From a bacterium (lineage in GTDB: Bacteria; UBA8248), in the NCBI GenBank assembly GCA_965204535.1, contig CBDBEV010000001.1, forward strand, positions 224,001 through 288,000: DNA of 64,000 bases, in the 5' to 3' direction. This document shows, in pieces, positions 1 through 8,362 of this stretch. The stretch's first letter is position 1, and the number at the start of each line of letters is the position of its first letter. The notes beneath the pieces were generated by a model. It saw only the letters and a list, made by a program, of their open reading frames with translations. It had not been told where the DNA came from and did no database searches. The position numbers and the translations under genes are program-made.

Positions 1-465
1 AGGAACGTCGAGTTCGGCCTCGAGATGAAAGGCCTGAGCAAGGAGGAACGCACGCAGAAAGCGCAGCAATTTCTCGAACTCGTCCACCTCGAAAAGTTCA
101 CCCACCTCTATCCCCACAACTTATCGGGCGGCATGAAGCAGCGCGTGGCCGTGGCGCGGGCGTACGCCTACGAGCCCCAGTTCATGCTGATGGACGAGCC
201 CTTCGGCGCGCTCGACGCGCAGACGCGCGAGAACCTCCAGTCGCTGACGGTCGAGGTGTGGGAGAAAACGAAAAAGACCATCTTCTACGTCACGCACAAC
301 CTGAGCGAAGCGGTCTACCTCGCCGACAGGATCGTCGTTCTCGCGGGCCAGCCGGGGGTGATTCACAAGGAGATCATCGTGGACGTGCCGCGCCCCCGGG
401 ACCCCTTCGACCCGAGGGTGATCGAACTCGAACACATGGCGACCGAAGCGGTGCGCGGCAACTAG
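1..465 (+). CDS. NitT/TauT-family ABC transporter ATP-binding protein (5' truncated by window edge)
   Basis: Frame open from base 1 (RNVEFGLEMKG...); signature LSGGMKQRVAVARA, Walker B MLMDEPFGALD, H-loop VTHN. Confidence 0.9.
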   Translation, partial: RNVEFGLEMKGLSKEERTQKAQQFLELVHLEKFTHLYPHNLSGGMKQRVAVARAYAYEPQFMLMDEPFGALDAQTRENLQSLTVEVWEKTKKTIFYVTHNLSEAVYLADRIVVLAGQPGVIHKEIIVDVPRPRDPFDPRVIELEHMATEAVRGN

Positions 466-493
466 CACCGCCTCCGCATTAGAAACCACAAAC

Positions 494-533
494 AAAAAAG
501 GCCGGCCCCAGGCGGGAGCCGGCCTTATCTTTT
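494..533. terminator. Bidirectional intrinsic terminator between convergent genes
   Basis: A-run, then AAGGCCGGC...GCCGGCCTT stem, then T-rich tail. Confidence 0.7.
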
Positions 534-552
534 GGTCTGTCGGTTTTAACCG

Positions 553-1425
553 TTACTGGCGCTGGCCGCCGACCTCTTCCATCATGCCCCACTTGACGAC
601 GGTCACCTTTTCGAACTTCTCGAAGATGAACTTCTCCATCACGAAGCCGACCAGGGCGATGGCCGCGATTCCCACCAGCATGAAGGCGGTGTCCAAATCC
701 TCGCGGCTGTCGAAGATGGCGTAGCCCAGGCCCCAGTCACTCGCGGCCACCATCTCACCTGCGATACCGGCGCGCCATGCGCGCGCCAGGCCGATGCGGA
801 TGCCCGAGAGGATGAAGGGCAGCGAACCGGGGAAAATCACCTTCCAGAACAGGGTCATCCCCTCGGCGTTCATCGACTGCGCCGCGCGTATCCATATCGG
901 ATTGATGGTCTTCACCCCCGTCCAGGTGGAGGAGATGGCCGGAAGTGCGGCGGCGAACGCGGTGATGAAGATCATGGTCGTGTTGCCGAGGCCGAACCAC
1001 AGAACGAGAATCGGGCTCCAGGCCAGGGCCGGAATGGGCAGGAGCATGCTCAGGATGGGGATCATGAACTTCTCGAACCATCCGATGCGGCCCATGGCGA
1101 TGCCGATGGCGATTCCCACGAAGCCGGCGATGATCATTCCCACCATGATCCGCCAGGCGGTGTGGTAGGAGTGCACGCACAAGACGCACATGGTCTCGCC
1201 GGACTTCAGGAAGGTGACCTCATAAAAACGGTGGACTATGGGAAAGACGCGCGGAAACAGCGCGGGTTCGCTCACGTACCAGGCGATGCACTCCCATATC
1301 ACGAGCACCGCAATAAAACTCGGGACGTTGTCCTTGATCCACATCCAGAATCTTTCCTGCTTCGTGTACTCGTCAGGCAGTTTTACGTCATCTCTTCTGA
1401 CTTCATCCGTTGCCGTGGCCATCAA
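553..1425 (-). CDS. NitT/TauT-family ABC transporter permease
   Basis: Multiple TM segments; EAA-like loop RAAQSMNA; PIPALAWSP and LARAWRAGIAGEM typical of SsuC/TauC. Confidence 0.88.
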   Translation of the reverse strand: MMATATDEVRRDDVKLPDEYTKQERFWMWIKDNVPSFIAVLVIWECIAWYVSEPALFPRVFPIVHRFYEVTFLKSGETMCVLCVHSYHTAWRIMVGMIIAGFVGIAIGIAMGRIGWFEKFMIPILSMLLPIPALAWSPILVLWFGLGNTTMIFITAFAAALPAISSTWTGVKTINPIWIRAAQSMNAEGMTLFWKVIFPGSLPFILSGIRIGLARAWRAGIAGEMVAASDWGLGYAIFDSREDLDTAFMLVGIAAIALVGFVMEKFIFEKFEKVTVVKWGMMEEVGGQRQ

Positions 1426-1668
1426 CAGCCTCCCAAATCATGCGAATTTCAAAACATAGCGTATGCAATGCGCCCATGGCCGAAACCATGGAATTATCCG
1501 TCTATTCTAAGTGGTTCATTGCGGCTTAGGTCTAATTTGCGGGCATTCTTGCAAAATTGCTTTCTCAAGTCAAAATCATCGGGCAAAGATTTTCTCGTTT
1601 TCGAATCATGGAATTTCTCGCGCGCTCATCGACTCGAACTGCTTTGCCTGCCAAGGCCGATTATCGCT

Positions 1669-2103
1669 TTATTCGGGGCCTTTTTCTGCAATATCACGGA
1701 ACCGGGCGGCCACACCCGCATCCGCGCCCTCGCCGATGTAGGCGCCATAAGAGGAATCGTCCTCGGCGACGCCCTCGATCTGCCAGGTCGTATCCTTCGC
1801 CACGATGAAGATGACGTCCTCATCGTCCGTGGCCACCATGCTGTGGAGGGAATTCGCCGGTATGTGGATAATGCCTCCCGCTCCGACCGTTTTCCGCTCG
1901 CCGTCGATCATCGCCTGCAGGCTGCCCTGCTGAACGAAGATGAACTGCTCGTTGGGGTGGCGGTGCGGCCTGCTCCCCGTGCCGGCGGGCTTGTTGATGA
2001 CGCCGAAAATGACGCGCTCACCGTCCACCCACACGCCCTCGGAGGTGCTGTAGCTCGCCCCCGCCAGTTTTTGCTCCATCGTCTTGGGATCGTAAAAAGG
2101 CAT
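1669..2103 (-). CDS. Cupin-domain protein
   Basis: Cupin motif 1 PHRHPNEQ and motif 2 GGIIHIPANSLH. Confidence 0.85.
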   Translation of the reverse strand: MPFYDPKTMEQKLAGASYSTSEGVWVDGERVIFGVINKPAGTGSRPHRHPNEQFIFVQQGSLQAMIDGERKTVGAGGIIHIPANSLHSMVATDDEDVIFIVAKDTTWQIEGVAEDDSSYGAYIGEGADAGVAARFRDIAEKGPE

Positions 2104-2171
2104 CTTCTTGCGTTTCCTCCAATCTGTCCTTCAAAGGTTCATAGATAAATTCCACGCTTACGCGCGCTTGA

Positions 2172-3191
2172 TCATATCTCCCGGTATTCGGTGGCGACGG
2201 CGAAACCCTTGTTGCCAACCTCGAACGGCCCGCTGCACCTGCTGAAAAAGAGCACGCCGTCGGCGGGGCTGCGAAGCTCCTCGACCACTTCGAGGCTGAA
2301 AGGGTCGAGCATCTCGCCCAGAAGCTCCCCTTCGCTCACCTTGGCGCCCAGGTCTGCGAAATGCGTTTTCCGCGAGATGAGGTATCCGCCACTGGAGGGA
2401 TTCGCCTCGGCGCGGTGGGCGAAATCGAAATAGGTGATTTTCTCTCTCTTCTCTTCCCCCGGGAGCATCCCCAGATGAACGAGGAGGTTCAAGAAACCTT
2501 GTTCGAGATCGTTGCGATAAAGGTTCTCCTCGCATTCGGGCAGATAGGCGCCGCCAATCTCCACGCTGATGGTCGGTATCTTCTGCGTCAGCGCATAGCC
2601 CGAAGCGCTCGACGTGCTGAAGGGCACGCCGTGCACCAGCGCAGCGCCCCCGCTGGCAAAAGCAATCGCCATCTCGCGCGATTTTTCGCCGAGCGCGCCC
2701 TCATAGTCCGGGTCCATATCGACGCGCCTCTGGATTCTCCCGGCCGCCCCGCCGGAATGAAACTCCACGAGATAATCCGCGCGTTCGATCAGGGTTTCAC
2801 GTATCTTGTGCGCGTAGCGCTGCGTGAGCGTCCCCTTGGCGGAACCCGGAAAAGCGCCCCAAAGGTTCGTCTGCTCGTGCTGATCCGGCGATTGGCGCGA
2901 AAAATTCGCAAAGGCGAAAGGATTCGCCACCGGAACGAGAAGAAGAGCGCCGCTCAACTGCGCGCGATCGATTTGCGCCAGCACGTTTTGAAACGCGCGA
3001 ATGGGCTGCGGCTCATCCCCATGGACGCAAGCCAAAACGGAGAGAGTGGGGCCGGGCTTCGCCCCTCTCACGCAATGAATGGGCAGACCCGTCTCCGAGC
3101 CGGTGAGCATCCGCGCCACCGGGATTTTCACGTATTCATAGGAGCCTGCGGCTATCGCCACGCCCCCGATTTCCCAAGAATCCGTGCTCAC
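2172..3191 (-). CDS. Succinylglutamate desuccinylase/aspartoacylase (M14-like) family protein
   Basis: Zn motif HGDE, LLLVPVANP, FHSG, ISVE, C-terminal barrel-sandwich. Likely GTG start at 3191, right after the upstream stop. Confidence 0.82.
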   Translation of the reverse strand: MSTDSWEIGGVAIAAGSYEYVKIPVARMLTGSETGLPIHCVRGAKPGPTLSVLACVHGDEPQPIRAFQNVLAQIDRAQLSGALLLVPVANPFAFANFSRQSPDQHEQTNLWGAFPGSAKGTLTQRYAHKIRETLIERADYLVEFHSGGAAGRIQRRVDMDPDYEGALGEKSREMAIAFASGGAALVHGVPFSTSSASGYALTQKIPTISVEIGGAYLPECEENLYRNDLEQGFLNLLVHLGMLPGEEKREKITYFDFAHRAEANPSSGGYLISRKTHFADLGAKVSEGELLGEMLDPFSLEVVEELRSPADGVLFFSRCSGPFEVGNKGFAVATEYREI

Positions 3192-3193
3192 CC

Positions 3194-4195
3194 TCAGTGC
3201 CCCCTGATCTCGGAAACATCCACCACGCGCCCGCTTTTGGCGCTCTCGACGATCGATTCCAGAACGGCCACGACTTCCCGCGCTGCCGCCCCGTCCGTCT
3301 CGGGTGTGGCCTCGCCCCGGATGCACTTGCCGAATTCCTGTATCTCTTCTGCGAGCGCATCTCCGCCGTCCACGGAAAGCTCGTTCCTCTGGTTTTCGTC
3401 TTTTTTCTGGAGATACAGCCGCTCGCCCTCGTCTTCGCTCCATGCGGAGGCTTCGGTGCCGTGGGCCGACGTCGTGCATTGCTTGGAGGTGACGTAGCAG
3501 GTGGTGATGTAGCCGAGCGGGCCGCTCTCGTATTCGAGGATGATGTTCGTCACGTCATCCAGATTGCCCGCGGCGAACAGTTGTTTGCTGAACGCGCTCA
3601 CCCGCTTCGCGGGGCCGGCCAGGTACTGGAGATTGTCCACCATGTGGACGCCCAGCCCCGTCATGCCCCCCGCCGGGCATTCCGCCGGGTCGTTCCGCCA
3701 GCCGCTTCTCGGGTTTTGGCCGTTGGGATTCGAGAGGTTCGCCTCCAGCGCGTGAACCATCCCGAGCGCGCCTTCGTCTATCATCGCGCGTATCCGGCGG
3801 TTCGCGCCCTGTCGCCTCCTGTGGTGTCCGATCAGGAGCGTAACGCCCGCTTTTTCAGTGGCGTCGATGCACTTGTCCGCATCGGCCACCGTCAGGGTGA
3901 GCGGCTTTTCGACGAAGACGTGCTTGCCCGCCGATGCCGCCTGCGTGATCAGGTCCGTATGCGTGGAATGGGGCGTGGCGATGAGAATGCCCTCTACCTC
4001 GTCATCTTTCAGCACTTCTTCAAAAGACGCCGCCGGGCGGCAACCGAATTTCTCCGCAAACTCCTCGCGCGAGGACTCGGTTCTCGTGAAACACCGGGTA
4101 ATTTCCACGTTCCCCGCTCTTTTCGCGGCATTCGCCAGCATGGTTCCCCAGTTGGCCAGGCCGATGGACGCCAACCGTACTTTTTCATTCGCCAT
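3194..4195 (-). CDS. Gfo/Idh/MocA-family oxidoreductase
   Basis: Rossmann N-terminus, ATPHSTH, GKHVFVEKP, GVHMVD. Confidence 0.9.
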   Translation of the reverse strand: MANEKVRLASIGLANWGTMLANAAKRAGNVEITRCFTRTESSREEFAEKFGCRPAASFEEVLKDDEVEGILIATPHSTHTDLITQAASAGKHVFVEKPLTLTVADADKCIDATEKAGVTLLIGHHRRRQGANRRIRAMIDEGALGMVHALEANLSNPNGQNPRSGWRNDPAECPAGGMTGLGVHMVDNLQYLAGPAKRVSAFSKQLFAAGNLDDVTNIILEYESGPLGYITTCYVTSKQCTTSAHGTEASAWSEDEGERLYLQKKDENQRNELSVDGGDALAEEIQEFGKCIRGEATPETDGAAAREVVAVLESIVESAKSGRVVDVSEIRGH

Positions 4196-4294
4196 AACAA
4201 CCCCCAGTAAGTTTGATATACGCCGTTAAGAATCCACGTTTGCGCCCACCGCCAGCAAACGCCGGGAGACGCGTCATTTTTTATCGATCATAAA

Positions 4295-4323
4295 TTGTCA
4301 GACGCGACGGGAAAGGGTAACAT
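4295..4323 (+). promoter_or_regulatory. Putative sigma70 promoter for the cupin-Rieske-enolase operon
   Basis: TTGTCA-N17-TAACAT in an AT-rich divergent intergenic region. Confidence 0.5.
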
Positions 4324-4440
4324 TCGCGCCTTGGGTTCAACAAACCTGACAACAATAATTTTTTGATTCCAGGCGACGCATTGCCTTGAATCACCAAAAC
4401 CCCTGAACGGATTATTTCGTCAAAAAAAGGAGTTTATCGG

Positions 4441-5268
4441 ATGTCGTTTCATCGTTTCGAGGAAATCGAGAAAAAAGCCCTCTCGCCCCATCTCTCCTCA
4501 GGACAAGGCGCCATCGTCGAGGGGGAATTCATGTATTTCTGCCGTGTAAGCAAGGTGGCCGGCACGGGATCCCAGATCCATTACCACCCCAACGAACTCA
4601 TGATTTTCCCCGTCAGCGGAAAAATCAACGCGCTCGTCGGAAAGGACAGAAGGGTCGTCACTCCGGGCACCTTCGTTCACGTGCCCGCGTTTGCGCAACA
4701 CCAGATGATCGCCACCGAAGACGGCGATATGGAATACCTCTACGTGAAGGATCGCTCCTGGACGGTCGTGGGTCTGGACAGGGACCAGGTCGTGCCGGAC
4801 AAGGCGCCCAGCGTCGATGAAATCAACGAAATGTACGAGGACGGCTCCACCGAAGAGTTCGAAAAAGACGCCTCCAAGGCGCAGATCATCGTCGATGGCC
4901 TGAACAACTCCTATTACCCGATACTCCCCTCTCTCGACGCTCCCGCCTCTTCGGGACGCCACACCGTGTGGATCGAAGGCGGGCGCCTCGCGTTCGGCTA
5001 CGGCGAAATACCCGAGGGCTTCGAAGGTGAAACCACCGAGAACGCGCACGAGCAGTTCATCTACGTCCTGAAGGGAGTCATCGACGCCCAGGTGGATGAT
5101 GAGCGGCAAGCGTCGGGCCCCGGCTCCATCATCCACATCCCCAAAGGCTCGAAGCAAAACCTCTCCACGCAAAGCGGCCAGCATGCGCGCTACGCGTCGG
5201 TGCGGGCCATGCCGAAGCTCGAGGAAATGCTGAGAGAACAGGCGGCGGCCTCGGCCGCGCAAGGCTAA
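4441..5268 (+). CDS. Bicupin protein
   Basis: N-terminal cupin HYHPNE...HVPAFAQH; second degenerate cupin AHEQFIY...HIPKGSKQ; RBS AGGAG. Confidence 0.82.
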   Translation: MSFHRFEEIEKKALSPHLSSGQGAIVEGEFMYFCRVSKVAGTGSQIHYHPNELMIFPVSGKINALVGKDRRVVTPGTFVHVPAFAQHQMIATEDGDMEYLYVKDRSWTVVGLDRDQVVPDKAPSVDEINEMYEDGSTEEFEKDASKAQIIVDGLNNSYYPILPSLDAPASSGRHTVWIEGGRLAFGYGEIPEGFEGETTENAHEQFIYVLKGVIDAQVDDERQASGPGSIIHIPKGSKQNLSTQSGQHARYASVRAMPKLEEMLREQAAASAAQG

Positions 5269-5285
5269 AACGGGGCGAATCCTGG

Positions 5286-5684
5286 ATGGCGAAACACCTG
5301 GTGTGCAAAATATCGGACTTGCCCCCCGGCGCGCGGAAGATAGTCGAGGTCGAGGGCCGCTCCATCGGTGTGTTCAACATCAAGGATTCCCTGTACGCGG
5401 TCAGGAACTCCTGCCCGCACCAGGGCGCGCCGCTTTGCCTGGGCAAGGTCAAGGGGACGATGAAGTCCTCCAGGCCCCACAGCTACGAATACGTGATGGA
5501 CGAGCAGGTTCTCGTGTGCCCATGGCACTGCTGGGAGTTCGACATCACGAACGGGCGCTCGGTCTTCAACCCCCACAGGATGCGCGTCAAAACCTATGAG
5601 GTGACGCTCGAGGCGGAAGAAGACCCCTCCATCGAAACGTATGAGGTCACGCTCGAAAAAGACCTGGTGATGCTGCACGTGTGA
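5286..5684 (+). CDS. Rieske [2Fe-2S] ferredoxin
   Basis: CPHQG and CPWH Rieske ligand boxes. Confidence 0.92.
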   Translation: MAKHLVCKISDLPPGARKIVEVEGRSIGVFNIKDSLYAVRNSCPHQGAPLCLGKVKGTMKSSRPHSYEYVMDEQVLVCPWHCWEFDITNGRSVFNPHRMRVKTYEVTLEAEEDPSIETYEVTLEKDLVMLHV

Positions 5685-5712
5685 TCCCCCGCCATTGGAG
5701 CCGAGAGCACGA

Positions 5713-6810
5713 ATGAGAAAAATCGAGAAAATAGAACTCTTCCCCGTCGCCATCCCGCTCAACCATCCCTACAAGAGCGCCACGCGCACCGCGACGCATT
5801 CAGAAGACATCGTCGTAAAAATCACCTGCGAGGGCGTTTCGGGCTGGGGCGGGGCGCCGCTGCGCTCGTTTCCGACCGGGGAGACGCTCAAGAGCGCGTA
5901 TCAGATACTCGATGAATACCTGGTTCCCGCCGTCGCCGATTGCAACCCCTTCGACAGGGAACGCATCGTCCACAGGATGGAAAAGGCCATCCCCTTCCAT
6001 TATTCGCCAAAGGCCGCGATAGATTGCGCGGTGCACGATCTTATCGGGCGCATGCTGGGTTGTCCGGTCTACGATCTCCTGGGCGGAAAAATCAGGGACG
6101 AGATGCCCGCCTTCGACATCCTGCCCCTAGAATCGCCCGAAAGAACCGCAGAACTCGCGGCGGAATCCATGGCTTTGGGCATCACCTCGTTCAAGGTGAA
6201 GATGAACCGCGACACGAAGACGAGCATCGCGCGCGTGGCGGCGGCCCGGGAGGCGGCGGGAGATGAGGCGCACATCGTCGTCGACGCGAACATGAGTTGG
6301 ACACCCAAGCTCGCCGTGCAGATGTGCGCGCGCATCGAGGAGTTCGGGGTCACCATGCTGGAGCAGCCCGTGCCCGGCAACGATCTGGACGGCCTGGAGT
6401 TCGTCAACAAGAACACGCGCATCCCCATCTGCGCGGACGAATCGTTCCGGCCCGATTATCTGGCCCAGATCGCCCGCAGGCGCGCCGCCGACATCGTGAA
6501 CCTGAAGGTCAACCGCGAGGGCGGGCTGCTCCATGCGAAAAAAGCCGCCGCCCTCATCGAGATTCACGGCATCGAGGGCATCTGCGGCAGCGTGATCCAC
6601 AGCGCGCTGAACGACGCCGCCTGCGCGCACCTTTTCGCCTCGACCCCCGCCATCGTCTACAACGAATCGGGCAAGGCCCCCGCCTGGCACGATGAGGACA
6701 TCGTCACCGGCTTCGTGGCGGAAGGCGGGGTCGTCAAGGTCCCCGAAGGTCCGGGGCTGGGCGTGGAAGTGAACGAGGAGGCGGTCCACAAATTCCGCCT
6801 CGATCTGTAA
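5713..6810 (+). CDS. Enolase superfamily, muconate-lactonizing/dipeptide-epimerase subgroup
   Basis: KVK, VDAN, EQP, ADES, NLK motifs; C-terminal PEGPGLG. Confidence 0.88.
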   Translation: MRKIEKIELFPVAIPLNHPYKSATRTATHSEDIVVKITCEGVSGWGGAPLRSFPTGETLKSAYQILDEYLVPAVADCNPFDRERIVHRMEKAIPFHYSPKAAIDCAVHDLIGRMLGCPVYDLLGGKIRDEMPAFDILPLESPERTAELAAESMALGITSFKVKMNRDTKTSIARVAAAREAAGDEAHIVVDANMSWTPKLAVQMCARIEEFGVTMLEQPVPGNDLDGLEFVNKNTRIPICADESFRPDYLAQIARRRAADIVNLKVNREGGLLHAKKAAALIEIHGIEGICGSVIHSALNDAACAHLFASTPAIVYNESGKAPAWHDEDIVTGFVAEGGVVKVPEGPGLGVEVNEEAVHKFRLDL

Positions 6811-6836
6811 TACGGGCGGGAATTCCAAGCGACCTC

Positions 6837-7048
6837 GGACAGGCACAGGGGCCTGTCCCTACAAAAACCGAACGTAACAATACGAACCCGTAGGGGCGGC
6901 CCCCCGTGGCCGCCCTGCCCCAGTAGCCGCACATGGTCCGTTATTGGCCGTCATTCCGGCGTCATTGTCGCTCCTGTTGTAGGGGTCGCATACATGCGAC
7001 CCGGCCTTTTTCTCCGCCCGTCATGGGCCGCATATATGCGGCCCCTAC
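6837..7048. repeat. Cluster of four GTAG-type REP palindromes
   Basis: GTAG/CTAC-flanked hairpins at 6837-6862, 6890-6915, 6979-7002 and 7025-7048; copies recur at 15927-16002 and 63103-63173. Confidence 0.85.
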
Positions 7049-7171
7049 AGGTGAAAACCCGATTGATGCGGGTGGACTTCCTCTTCCCCGTCGCCCGGCA
7101 AACCATCTCGCATCGGGGGTAGAAGCGATGCCCTCGACGAGGGGCTATTTCAAAAGCCCTATTACGATCTC

Positions 7172-8320
7172 CTAGTAGAGCTTGTGCCCATAAAGCTCCT
7201 CGGCGCTCTCGTGGTAGATGCGCCGCCTCATCTCATCCGAGACCTCCTGAAAAACCTGCCGGGGATTGTCGAAGTCCCAGTGCGGATAATCGGACGCGAA
7301 CAGCAGCGTCTTCTCCGCCTTCGCCATCCTGAGAATCTGGCGGTGGTCCTCGTTCGTGGGCGGCTCCGCGATGGGCTGCGTGGTCAGCCGGATGTGGTCG
7401 ACGACGTATTCACTCGGCGGACGCTCCAGCCAGGGCACCTCCGCGCGCAGCGAGCGCCATTCCTGATCGAAGCGCCACATGATGCTCGGCAGCCAGGCGT
7501 AACCCATCTCCTGAAAGACGACCTTGAGCTTCGGGAAGCGAACGAATACGCCCTCGCACACCAGGCTGATCACCTGCGCCTGCGCAATCGTCACCGCGCC
7601 CGTGTGGACCTCGATATAATAGGCAGGGATTCCCGTGGGGTTCATGGGCGTGTTCACCCCCGCCGCCTCTCCCGCGCCGTGCATCCCGATGGCCAGGCCC
7701 ATGGCTTCTGCGGCCTCGTAGATGGGGTAGTAGTGGCGGTTCCCCAACAAAACGTCCATCTGCGGGATCTGCACCTGCACCACGGCGGGATGCGCGCCGA
7801 TTCTCTCGATTTCCTTGACGGCGAGCCCGGGGTCGCGCGGGCCGACGTGTATCGCGAGCTTGAGCCGGGGCTCGGGTTCGCACCACTCGTGGAGCAGCCA
7901 GTCGTTGTTCGCCGAGATGAAGGCGGCCGCCATGTCGGCGTCCGGCAGTCCGCCGATGCCGAACAGGTCGCCTGCGATGAGAATGCCGGTGTCGACGCCA
8001 TATTTGTCCAGATGGTGGGAGCGCAGCATGTCGAGGTTCGAACCCGGCCTCCCGCCGTCGGGCGGCAGGGCGTCGGGGCGTTCCGCACCGTGGGGATGGT
8101 AGTACCAGCGCTTGGGTATCGAAAAGACGTTCCGCGCGGTGTTGGGGTCTTTCGCGGAACTGAGCGGCGCCACGCCCATGCGCTTGCGCCACGATTCGGA
8201 CAGATACGGATGAAGCTGGTGCATGCCGTTCATGCGCGGATGGATGTCCGCGTCGATGATCTTGAGCTTCACCGCATCCGTTGTTTCTTGTGCCGCTGTT
8301 TCAAGTCCGGTCTCGTTCAT
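7172..8320 (-). CDS. Amidohydrolase-2 family protein, AibH/PtmU3-like dinuclear oxygenase type
   Basis: IDADIH, GMH, VFQE, TTQP, SDYPHWD. Confidence 0.85.
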   Translation of the reverse strand: MNETGLETAAQETTDAVKLKIIDADIHPRMNGMHQLHPYLSESWRKRMGVAPLSSAKDPNTARNVFSIPKRWYYHPHGAERPDALPPDGGRPGSNLDMLRSHHLDKYGVDTGILIAGDLFGIGGLPDADMAAAFISANNDWLLHEWCEPEPRLKLAIHVGPRDPGLAVKEIERIGAHPAVVQVQIPQMDVLLGNRHYYPIYEAAEAMGLAIGMHGAGEAAGVNTPMNPTGIPAYYIEVHTGAVTIAQAQVISLVCEGVFVRFPKLKVVFQEMGYAWLPSIMWRFDQEWRSLRAEVPWLERPPSEYVVDHIRLTTQPIAEPPTNEDHRQILRMAKAEKTLLFASDYPHWDFDNPRQVFQEVSDEMRRRIYHESAEELYGHKLY

Positions 8321-8362
8321 TTCAGGCCCCTCTATGTCAAGAACTAAAGAATATATGCCGTT

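Noticed and set aside
4366-4392. 5' UTR hairpin as a riboswitch
   Set aside because: A simple stem-loop with no aptamer consensus that I recognise
6837-7160. Repeat clusters as a CRISPR array
   Set aside because: Units are different, inverted and irregularly spaced, with no constant repeat-spacer period and no cas genes
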